DNA from: Chloropicon primus
Lineage: Eukaryota
Assembly: GCA_023205875.1 (NCBI GenBank)
Contig: CP060771.1
Coordinates: 186,001 to 250,000, forward strand
Direction of reading: 5' to 3'
DNA: 64,000 nt
The position numbers and the translations under genes are program-made. Positions 11,125-20,617 of this stretch are shown piece by piece. The notes under the pieces were generated by a model. That model saw nothing but the letters and a program-made list of their open reading frames with translations, had not been told where the DNA came from and searched no databases. The first letter of the stretch is position 1; each line of letters begins with the position of its first letter.

Positions 11125-11841
11125 ATGAGTTTGTGCAAGGGAAGGACCGCGACGACGGCGAGTCCAATGGCTCTCCCTCTTCCTCTTCCTCTTCCTCGCG
11201 TGGCGTGCCGCTGCCGTTGCAATTGTCTGAACAGGATTGACCACCACCAGAGCTCTCTGACGAGTGGTAGTACCCACCCTGACGCGAGGAAGAGAAGGAT
11301 GGAGGCCGAGGCGAGGAGGAGGAGGAGGCAGAGGACGAACCACCCGGCGCCTTCCTCGTCCAACGCGGGGTCGGCGACCGTGATGCCGCAGCTCGACGAC
11401 CACCGCGTCGGTGGTGAGGATGGTGCCCAAGCTTCGGCCTCGCTCCTTCAGCACGGACTGGACTGGGCGGAGAAGCTCCTCGTGTCGCAGACCCGCATCA
11501 CGAGCTGCGGGACCCGAGAGGACTTCGACGGTTTCCTGCGTGACGCCCGAGGCGCCGTCGTGGTGGCCCAGTTCACCGCGCCCTGGTGCAAGGCCTGCGA
11601 CGCGGTGAACGCTCTGACGGTGGACCTCGCGAGGAGGCACGGCAGGGACGTGGCCTTCGCCAAGGTCGACGCCGGGGAGACCGGTCCCGGCCTGTGCCGG
11701 GACTTGGGCGTGAAGAAGCTCCCGTGGTTCCAAATCTACTCGCCGGAGGGGGAGCTTCTCGTGAGCGTGCACGCGAGCCGCCGGAACCAGAAGCTCATCC
11801 CTCGACAAGTGGACCAGCTCAAGGTCCTGCTCTTGGCTTGA
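11125..11841 (+). CDS. Atypical thioredoxin-like protein (WCKAC), probably plastid-targeted
   Basis: VVVAQFTAPWCKAC...FAKVD...LGVKKLPWFQIY thioredoxin fold after a transit-peptide-like N-terminus. Confidence 0.85.
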   Translation: MSLCKGRTATTASPMALPLPLPLPRVACRCRCNCLNRIDHHQSSLTSGSTHPDARKRRMEAEARRRRRQRTNHPAPSSSNAGSATVMPQLDDHRVGGEDGAQASASLLQHGLDWAEKLLVSQTRITSCGTREDFDGFLRDARGAVVVAQFTAPWCKACDAVNALTVDLARRHGRDVAFAKVDAGETGPGLCRDLGVKKLPWFQIYSPEGELLVSVHASRRNQKLIPRQVDQLKVLLLA

Positions 11842-11892
11842 CGCCTTCCGTGCCGCGCTTTGTGCTTATGCGTGCTGCTATACTATACTATA

Positions 11893-13545
11893 CTATCGTT
11901 GTTGTAATTTATTGTAGACGTACTTTTTGAACTGGAGCCGGAGGTCGGCGCCGAGGAGATCCTCGACGCTCGCGTCGAACTGAACTTTGACCTTCCCCGA
12001 CTTTCCAAAGGCGCTGACGAGGGTGCCCGGCGCGACGAGGCCCCCCGCGGCCTCTCCGTCGTCGTCCTCGCCCTCCCCCCCGGCCGGGAAGACCTTGTAC
12101 CCGATGAACTTGGAGATGTCCGAGTCCCTGCCGAAGAAGCCGCTCACGATGCACGACTTGCCCTCCGTCCCCTTTTCGATCCTTTCCAGCTTGCCCGCCC
12201 TGTTCTTCACCTTGAACACCCTGAGCCGATTGAGGTACTCCTGGTGCTTCTCCGCGTTCCTCTCCTTCTTCACCGCGTCGTAAGTGTCCAGGGAAGGGGC
12301 GTCAACGATGTTTCCGTGGAACGCCAAGCGGCATTGCTTGGTGTGGACGTCCAGGTCCAGCCTGCTGGCGATGAAAGCAGTGTTCGTCGGGCAAGTCACG
12401 GGCTTTTCGAACACGATGAGGACGTAGGGTGGCAGGGATCCGGGACGAGCGTCGCTCACGAGCTCGGGAAGGTACTCGTAGTCCCTGCCGTAGTCGAACC
12501 CTTGGTCCGAGCCGCCCCCCTCCTCCCCGCTGCCCTCTGGCGCGAAGAAGGTGGCCTCCGCGAGGGCGGTGATGTGCCCGAGGGTGACGTGGATCTTGCA
12601 CCCGCTCGGGATGCTCCCCTTGTAGAACGCCACCCTCCGTGCCCTCGCCACAAACGTGTCGAAAGTTCTCACGGGCGCCGCCTCCTTGGACGCCTCGGGC
12701 GCCAGGTCGCACAAGTAGTCCCTCTCGATCAACTTGGGGTCGAGCTGCGTGGTGCAGATGGCGACCCTCTCGCCGGACGACGCCATCTCGACTGGCTGCT
12801 TGAAGACCTGCATGCTCTTCACCTTGCGCGTCAGGCCAAGCCTCGGAATGGAGAGGTTCTGGTTCACCCTCATCGCTCCCTGGAGGACGGTCCCAGTGAG
12901 GACGGTGCCCTGGCCCTTGATCGAGAAGCAGTGGTCCACCGCGTACACCAGCGGCTCCGACTCTCCGCCCTGCCCCGCGGCTTGGCCCCTCCCCTCCACC
13001 ACCCCCTGCGGCGTCGCCTGAGCCAGCTTCTCCGCGACCCCCTCGACGCCGGTGCCCTGCTTGGCGGACGCCGTCACCACCTCACAGTCCCGGAATTTGG
13101 TGCGGGACAACGCCTTGCCGATGATCTTCATCAGTCGCTCCACCTTCTTTTCCCTCTCGGATTCGGGCAGGAGGTCCACCTTGTTCAGCACGACCACCAT
13201 TGAGCTGCAGGGGCTCACCTGGGCGAGCACGAGGCACTCCGCCGTCTGCGTCTGGATCCCTTTCGTGCAATCGATGACGAGAAGGAAGACGTCGATGATC
13301 TGGGTGGCTCCTATGATCGTCCTGATGAGGCTGGCGTGACCCGGGCAGTCCACCAGCGTGAACCTCACCCCGCTCTCGGACACGAAGGAGGAGAAACCAA
13401 GGTCCAGCGTGATGCCTCTCTCCTTGCTTTGAGGGTGTCGGTCGAGGGCGCACGTGCTCAGGCAAGTCGAAAGGGCGCCGACCAGAGACGTCTTCCCGCT
13501 GTCGACGTGGCCCATCACGCCCACGTTGACGTTGACGCTCGCCAT
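11893..13545 (-). CDS. EEFSEC: Selenocysteine-specific translation elongation factor
   Basis: NVNVGVMGHVDSGKT, LDRHPQSKERGITLDLGFS, DCPGHASLIRTII, SRLDLDVHTKQCRLAFHG: eukaryotic eEFSec signatures. Confidence 0.95.
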   Translation of the reverse strand: MASVNVNVGVMGHVDSGKTSLVGALSTCLSTCALDRHPQSKERGITLDLGFSSFVSESGVRFTLVDCPGHASLIRTIIGATQIIDVFLLVIDCTKGIQTQTAECLVLAQVSPCSSMVVVLNKVDLLPESEREKKVERLMKIIGKALSRTKFRDCEVVTASAKQGTGVEGVAEKLAQATPQGVVEGRGQAAGQGGESEPLVYAVDHCFSIKGQGTVLTGTVLQGAMRVNQNLSIPRLGLTRKVKSMQVFKQPVEMASSGERVAICTTQLDPKLIERDYLCDLAPEASKEAAPVRTFDTFVARARRVAFYKGSIPSGCKIHVTLGHITALAEATFFAPEGSGEEGGGSDQGFDYGRDYEYLPELVSDARPGSLPPYVLIVFEKPVTCPTNTAFIASRLDLDVHTKQCRLAFHGNIVDAPSLDTYDAVKKERNAEKHQEYLNRLRVFKVKNRAGKLERIEKGTEGKSCIVSGFFGRDSDISKFIGYKVFPAGGEGEDDDGEAAGGLVAPGTLVSAFGKSGKVKVQFDASVEDLLGADLRLQFKKYVYNKLQQR

Positions 13546-13873
13546 CCCTCCACCACCTCCTGCAAAACGGGACAACGAGGCAGGGAGAGACTTCGCGTGT
13601 GAGGTTGTTCAATCCTCACCCCAAAAAACCGTCGTCGCTCGTTTCCGAGTGAGGGGTCAAAAACGGAAGGGAAAGGGTCGAGGGTTTTTAGTGTGGCCAC
13701 CGAATCGGCACTGCCCACGCCAACCCCTCTTCCGCACACATTGCTCACCTTGTGGAACAAGTCCCTCTATCCCCCCCTCTCCCTCTCCTCTCCTCTCTTC
13801 CGGCAAATCTCAGTCTTCGGGACCTTTGCTTTGCTGGATTGACCACAGTTGCAGACAGGGAGGAGCCAACCAA

Positions 13874-15274
13874 TTACAGGGACAGCCTCTGCCTCAGTCC
13901 CGAGACCAGGTCGAGGAGGACCATGTCATTCCCGGCCTCCGCCACCGATTGGGCGCTGGACAAGATGCCGGCGAGACACCCCGCCAGGAGAGCGCTCTTG
14001 AAGGCGTCGGCGGTCATCGGCCCCTGGTGAACTTCAGCTTTGCGATCCCCCCGACCCCTGGCGGTGATGCTCTCCTTGGCATGAGCCAGGGCGACCTTCA
14101 CCATCTCCCCCAGCAGATCATCGTCCGCGAGCGCCAACCGGAGGCGAGACCCGCAGTGCTTGACCTCCCAACTGTGCAGCAAGAGGGCCAGTCCAGCGGG
14201 GCACTCCCCCGCGGCCGCCCGCAGAGGAACCTGCTCGTGGTGCAAGAAAACTCCACATTCGCCGTCCCCCTCCCTCCAAGTGGCGTCCATTGCGTACGCC
14301 AGGCTCCCCAGCCTGCCGCACTGCCCCCTGCCCAAGCTTGCCGCGGACTCCTTCTCCAGGAGGATCGTGGTAACGCCTTTGCAGGGATCTCGGTAGCCGA
14401 GCACGCAGAATCGCCGCTCCGCTTCCCCTCCCGACCCCTCCGGCCCCGACCCGCCCCTCTTGAAGGCAATGCAGGCCCTGAGGTCTGTTCCGCTTCGCGT
14501 GGCACCCAACACCTCAGCCACGTGCGGCCCCAACCCCAAACGCCCGCACAGCCGCACCGACTTTTCCAATCCTTGGGACACCCGTCCCAGCCACTGGACC
14601 CAATCGCTGCAGCCTTCGGGGAACCAGCCGGGACCGAAGTCGACACTTGCCCTGGCGCAGACCAGGCTCCCCGGTGCGCCCTCGTAGTCCCATGAGTCCG
14701 TGGAGAAGAAGAACTTGTGCTTCACCTTCGGATCGATGATCGTGGGGACCCTGTGCATGCGCTCGCTCGTGGTCATGCCGTGGTTTAGGTACTGGATGAC
14801 CACTCGGTCGGCTTGAGGCGGAGGAGGGGAGCACGGACCGATTGCAGCAGCAGCACGAGCGAGGGCGGCCTCTAAGCTCGAGACCAGAGCGCCCACGCAC
14901 TCGCGCGGAGCGTGGTGATCGAACAACTCCAGCTGACCGCGGCCAAACCAAGACACTGCCAGGTTTGTTTCAAGCAGAAGGAAGGAAGGAAGGAACGAAC
15001 GGGTGAGCGATCGAACACACAGGAAACCACGGCGGTTAAGGTCTGACATACCTGTGAACCTGACCTGAAGGGAAGCCCCGATCCCGATCGACGATTGACC
15101 GCCTCCGTCGACCTCAAGCTCCAGTGACAGGCGCTCGGCCTCCTGGCCTCTTTTCGAGAACGCGAACGCGCGCTCCCGGAGGTTGTCCATGGCGAGGAGG
15201 ACGCGCACGACCTCCATGCTCGCGCCAGTCAACCGATCGAACCCACCGTAACCTCCCTCCCCCTCCATGGCCAT
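13874..15274 (-). CDS. Hypothetical protein, possibly TopoVIB-like (MTOPVIB); probable in-frame intron 14956-15051
   Basis: Long ORF with gtatgt donor and ggcag acceptor; C-terminal helices GEMVKVALAHAKE and LLAGCLAGILSS resemble the TopoVIB transducer region (weak, by eye). Confidence 0.55.
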   Translation of the reverse strand: MAMEGEGGYGGFDRLTGASMEVVRVLLAMDNLRERAFAFSKRGQEAERLSLELEVDGGGQSSIGIGASLQVRFTGMSDLNRRGFLCVRSLTRSFLPSFLLLETNLAVSWFGRGQLELFDHHAPRECVGALVSSLEAALARAAAAIGPCSPPPPQADRVVIQYLNHGMTTSERMHRVPTIIDPKVKHKFFFSTDSWDYEGAPGSLVCARASVDFGPGWFPEGCSDWVQWLGRVSQGLEKSVRLCGRLGLGPHVAEVLGATRSGTDLRACIAFKRGGSGPEGSGGEAERRFCVLGYRDPCKGVTTILLEKESAASLGRGQCGRLGSLAYAMDATWREGDGECGVFLHHEQVPLRAAAGECPAGLALLLHSWEVKHCGSRLRLALADDDLLGEMVKVALAHAKESITARGRGDRKAEVHQGPMTADAFKSALLAGCLAGILSSAQSVAEAGNDMVLLDLVSGLRQRLSL

Positions 15275-15876
15275 GGACTTCCAAGCGTTACGATCACGAT
15301 CGGCCGGAGCGATCGATCGTAACCGACGGAGAGGAGGAAACGACGACGACGACAAATGAACGACGACCGAAAGGTCTCGTCAAGCGCTTCGTGTTCCCCT
15401 CTCCGTCCCTCTTGGTCCCCCTTCGCCCACGATCGCTCCGATCGCTCCGATCGCTCCGATCGATCGCACCTCTCTCCTCTCGCCAATGATTGCTTTGCTG
15501 ATGTGCTCATCGAGTGGAGTGACGCAGACCACCAGCAGAGCAGCAGAGCAGACAGAAAGAGAGCAAAGGTGGCGGCGATCGCGGGTGCATTGCGAATGGA
15601 TTCATGTTTGTGCTGGAGTCTAACGAAGAGGGAGAGGTTAGGACGGAGTCTGTCCAAGTTTTTCGTCAAGAGGAGGAGAATCTTGGGCTTTTGAGGAAGG
15701 ATCGTTGTCGTGATCGTCGTCGTCGTCGTCGTCGAGGGGGAAGGATGATGGTGATGAGACTGGTGACGGTGTGCGCAGTGTGCTTGGCATCCAGTTCCGT
15801 GCAACTCTGCTGGCCATTTGCTTGCATTACGCTCGATATTTGATCACAAAATACAAACGCCTGTCATATATACAAT

Positions 15877-16903
15877 CTACTTGGACTTGTTCCAAGTCAT
15901 CAGCTCCTTCATCCTTTGGACGAGTTTGGGCAAAACCACGGTGGCTTCTCCCTGCAGGAAGAGGTCCGCTTGCTCCTTTCCGCTCGTGTCCAAGTTGAGG
16001 ACGACGAGCTTCCCGAAGGGTCTGTACTTCACCATCGTCGGGAGCATGTTGGCGGGAGCCACGTTCAGCGACGAGCCGACGACGAGGACGACCGTGCTCG
16101 CCATGACGGCTTTGGTCGCTTTCATCATCGCACCGGTGGGCAGGGCTTCGCCGAAGAGGACGACATCGGCCTTGAGCACCCCACCGCACCCCCCTCCATG
16201 CCTCGGCACGATCGTAACGCTCCCCCTGCGAAAGCCTCCTCCCTCTACGATTTGTTTCAGCACCTCCTCCCTGGAAACAACCTCCTTGCAGGTCATGCAC
16301 GTGCAGCTGGAGTCAGTGCCGTGCAACTCGATGACATCCTTGCTTGCTGCTGCCGAGTGGAGACCATCGATGTTCTGCGTCACGACGCTCACCCTCTTCC
16401 CCAAAGCCTCGAGGTCCGCGACAGCTGAGTGCGCTTCGTTGGGCCGAGGACTCCGCAGCTCCCCCCTCTCCAGCTCCTCTGTTCCACAGACAGAGAACCA
16501 TCAGCACCCATCAGAGGCAGCACGAGCACCCAGCCCCCGCAATCAGTCAGCAGAGGGAGAGAGAACACGTTGTGGGTTGGGAAGAGCAAAAGCAAACCAC
16601 ACGACACGACACGACAGGACACGTACCTCGGCTTCCGCCCAAAGAGAAATGAATGTCTTGGTAGAGGCACTTGACCATGGTCCAAAACATCTCCGGCTTG
16701 TCGAGAAAGTTTTCATAGTCACAGTACACCATCGGGTCGAACCTCGTCCAGATTCCACCAGGAGACCTGAAGTCCGGAATGCCGGAACTCACGCTGACAC
16801 CAGCACCAGAGAAGACGGTGATTCTCTTCGCCTTGGACAAGGTTCGTGCCACTTCCTCGAAGGTTTCCTCTTCGGTACGAGCCTTGCTCGCACCCGAACC
16901 CAT
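15877..16903 (-). CDS. Sirtuin (Sir2-family NAD+-dependent deacylase); intron 16479-16626
   Basis: SGAGVSVSSGIPDFRS, PNEAH, TQNIDGLH, ELHG, VVLFGE, VGSSLNVAPA. Confidence 0.95.
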
Positions 16904-17274
16904 CGTCTATTCCCTCCGATTCCCAAAGTATGCACACGGTCCTCCCCTTGAGATGGATGTCTCCATCCCTCATGGGAAGGAACAGAGGACTAAAACGTCA
17001 ACCAAACCCTTCAAACAATAGCTCATTCGAAAGATATCGACAAGAGGAACACTCTAGATACCTCCAATGACCCCAAAACCTTCGCAAGAGGCGACGAAAC
17101 CTTCACCAACTTCCAAAACTCCTCCAAGTTCTCCTCCCTCTCATTATAACCAGATTCAAATACGCTCCTCTCTCCTCTCTCTTTGTTCTCCAGGCAGGTA
17201 AGGAAAGTTTTCGGCGCCAAGTGCGCGACGAGGATGGAGGTTTGGGTGAAGGAGAGCGACGCGGTGGGAACCTT

Positions 17275-17560
17275 CGTGGTCTTCTCTTTCTAACGAGCCT
17301 TCGCTTGAAACATTTGGCGCCCGAATGACGATGAAAGAGACTGAAACCGATTGCTTTTTCCTTTTCTCTCGTGCTTGGTGGTGGTGCCCAGTGACACGGG
17401 TAAGGCTTTTCGACGTCGAAGGGGGTGACTGAGACGAAAGAGGTGTGGCGTGACTTCTCCTCCTTCTCGTGGTCTTTCGATAGAGCGTTCGCTCGAAACA
17501 TTTGGCCCCCGAATGACGATGAAAGAGACTGAAACGCTTTTCTTTTCTTTTTTTTTTTGG
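17275..17560 (+). repeat. Imperfect direct duplication, period about 188 bp, each unit carrying the recurrent element
   Basis: gaaacatttggc(g/c)cccgaatgacgatgaaagagactgaaac at 17307 and 17495. Confidence 0.85.
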
Positions 17561-17598
17561 TTTTCCCTGCAGCACCATCACCAACAATCATCATCACC

Positions 17599-20491
17599 AT
17601 GGTGATTGGCGTGATCGTGAAGCTGCTCTCTGCCAAGCCTGGCTTAGCGGTGGCAGCCTTCGTCGTTCCATGGAGCGTGCAGAAGGGTCACTTGAAAGTA
17701 CCCAAGGTGGGCGCGCCGGTTATCGTCGTCCTCGGGTACCTCTGGGGATACCGCAGGGGACAAATAAGGTAGGAAGGCAGACCAAAGTCTCTCCCTCGTC
17801 TGAATCTCTCTCTCCCCCCATTCTAAAACCTAATCCCATGCCCTCTATACCCTCTGCTCTGCCTCCTTTAGGTACCGGGCGAGGAAGAAGTTGCTTGACG
17901 TGGCGCAGGTGCGGGAGCTGGACGAGGCGACGCTGAGGGCTCTTATCGGTGAGCTGCCCGCTTGGGTCAAGTTTCCTGACTACGACAGGTGCATGTGGCT
18001 GAACAACATGGCGCAGAACTGGTGGCCTTGCCTCAGCACGGCGATATGCCGGACGGTCAAGCAGAGGTTGCAGCAGCTCTTGCAGAAGAAGAAGCCAGAT
18101 CTGTTCAGTTCGATTGTCTTCGAGACCTTCTCCATGGGTTCCGTCCCCCCGAGGTTCTCGGGAGCAAAAGTGTACAACACAAACGAAGAGGAGATCATTC
18201 TGGACCTCGAGATGACGTGGACCGCGACCAACGCCGACATAGTGATGTCGGTGAGGTTGGCCCAAGGCACGGTCGCGCTTCCGGTGCAGTTGGGTCAGGT
18301 CCTGTTCCAAGGGACGGTGAGGCTTATCTTCAAGCCCTTGGTCCCTCAGTGGCCTTGTTTTGGTGCCATTTCGGTGGCGTTTGTGGGGAAACCCCAGGTC
18401 GACTTCAGCCTCAGACTTATTGGAGGAGAGCTCATGTCCGTGCCAGGTCTGGCACCGGCCCTGCACGACCTCTTGAAGAACAGACTTTTGTCGGCCATGG
18501 TGTGGCCAAGGAGGGTGTATGCCCCCGTCATGAAGCACCTGAAGAGCAGAAAGGGCAGGCAAGCTTTTCAGCTGCAACCCAAGGCCTCTGGCCTGCTGAG
18601 GACGCACCTTATTCAAGCAAAGACCTTGAAAACCCATGAGCTTTCGGTGGTCTTTGCTACCCTGGAGCTCGGCGGCGTGATCAAGAGGAGCAAGGTTTTG
18701 GCTGCTGCATCCGAGATTGTCTTTGATGAGGAGGAGGTTCTCAACTTCATCGTCCAGCATCCTGACTTTGAGGCCCTGAGGGTCACTTTTTACGAGTTGG
18801 AAGCTCTGAACACTTTCGATGCCCAGCTCTTGAGTTGCGAGGACCTCACCGCCCAGTTGAGGCTCAAGGTTGAGAGAGATGAGTTCGAGATGGACCCAGA
18901 GGTTGCGGTACGGCGGATTGGGGAAGGAATCATGCCAATACTGAGCGTGCCTTCGAGGAAGACGGCGGATGTCTGGCTGGAGCTTGGTGAGGGGAATGGC
19001 CAAGTGCACATCGACTTCCAGTACGTGTCCTTCAGCGAGGAGGCGGAACTCGGTGCAGATGTGGAGCTGGAGGTGAGCACGCCGCTACCGAGCCTGCGGC
19101 ATTCCAACATCAGCCTCCAACTTCAAAACGCGGACTTGCCACGCACTCTGGTGCCGTCGAATGATGACACAACCAGCTCGTCCAACAGCATAGACTCCTT
19201 GGTTAAAAATCTTCAGAACGCCCCCGAGGGCTTCAACGGCAATGGGGCGCAGATCGCGGGTGCCAAGCAGCAAAAGCGACAAAAGAAGAGGAGCAAGAGG
19301 AACAAGAAGGGCAAGCAGGGCAATACTTACAACAGCAACAATGCTATGGGCAGGGGCCCAGGCAGTTTGGCCGTTCCGGGTTCCGCTCAGCGGAATGCCC
19401 AGATCGGGGTGTTGTACGTCTCTCTTCAGGAAGCAAGGGGCTTGGTGAACAGCGACTGGAGTGGCCTCTGCAGTGCATTCGTCCGGTTCTCGGCTGGCCC
19501 GTCGAAGTACGAGTCAAAGGTGGCAAGCAAATCTTTGGTGCCAACCTGGAAGGAGAATTTTGAGATGGTCATCTCCGACACGAGGGAGTGCAAAAACATT
19601 CGGGTGGAGGTGTGGGACCAGGTGAGCGATTTCATTGGGCTGTTCGGGCACAGCAACGAGTTCATTGGCAAGACCGACATCCCTCTGAAGAGCTTTCTCG
19701 ACTCGAAGCCGACCTCCAACGAGTGGCCCGTGTACGGCAACGACCTGAATGGGGAGATCCAGACGGGCCAGGTTCTCATCAGCTTTCAGTGGATTGGGGT
19801 GCCCCTGAGCCCCTTTTACGTCACGCCCTCCCTGAACCCCACAACCAGCCAGCAGCTCGAGGCGGAAGAGGAGAGGAGGCAGAGGTCTCCGTCCACGACC
19901 ACAGAGTACGTCAAGAGGACTGGAAAGAGGGTGGTCCTGAAGGTGATCAGGATCATCATCCTGTCCTTCTTGCTTGTGACGCTCCTGACGGTCCTGATCA
20001 TGCCGAGCCTGAGAGTTGGCGCGGGCAAGTGGTTCATCCAAAGGTGGAATAACGACTTCAGGCCCCACTGGCTCAGAATTCTGAAGTGGTGGATGGAGTC
20101 CACGTTCGCCACCTCCTTCCGGACGAACTTGAGGTCAGGCACGCAGGAGATAGCTCACTACTACCAGAGGCTCTACTTCGCTTCGGAGAACCTGTACAAG
20201 TCCTTGAAGCACACGGGAGACACGTGGAACCTGCTGCAGTGGATTGCAGCGGAAGCGATGCTGGTGGCCGCCGTGCTCCTCACGGTCAAGCTCCTTCTTT
20301 GGGCGGATAGGAACGGCATTGTCGCCGCCCTCATGCAGCCGCCTTGGAAGTGGTTTGACCTGGACAGGGTTCAGGAAGAGTGGAACGAGAGGCAGGAGCA
20401 CGTGATGGCCAACGGAAGTGGAAAAGGAAACAGGGCAAATGGTGGTGGCCAACAACAGAATCTCAAGAGGAGGAGGAAAAAGTCGCAGTAA
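17599..20491 (+). CDS. Synaptotagmin-like SMP + C2 domain membrane contact-site protein; intron 17769-17871
   Basis: N-terminal hydrophobic segment, ELPAWVKFPDYDRCMWLN SMP start, two C2-like regions (GVLYVSLQEARGL...VEVWD...FIGK). Confidence 0.9.
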
Positions 20492-20617
20492 AGAGCCGAT
20501 GTATACAATATACCTGTAAAAGATCAATCACATGCTGTAATTTAACCGGTTTGACAAGAGGCAAGCGAAAAAAGTTTTTTGATTCATACAAATATTACGA
20601 CAACATTTTACTTTTTC

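Noticed and set aside
11580..11841. Thioredoxin next to eEFSec as a selenoprotein
   Set aside because: The active site is Cys-based (WCKAC), the terminal TGA follows a complete fold, and there is no visible SECIS in the 51-bp gap.
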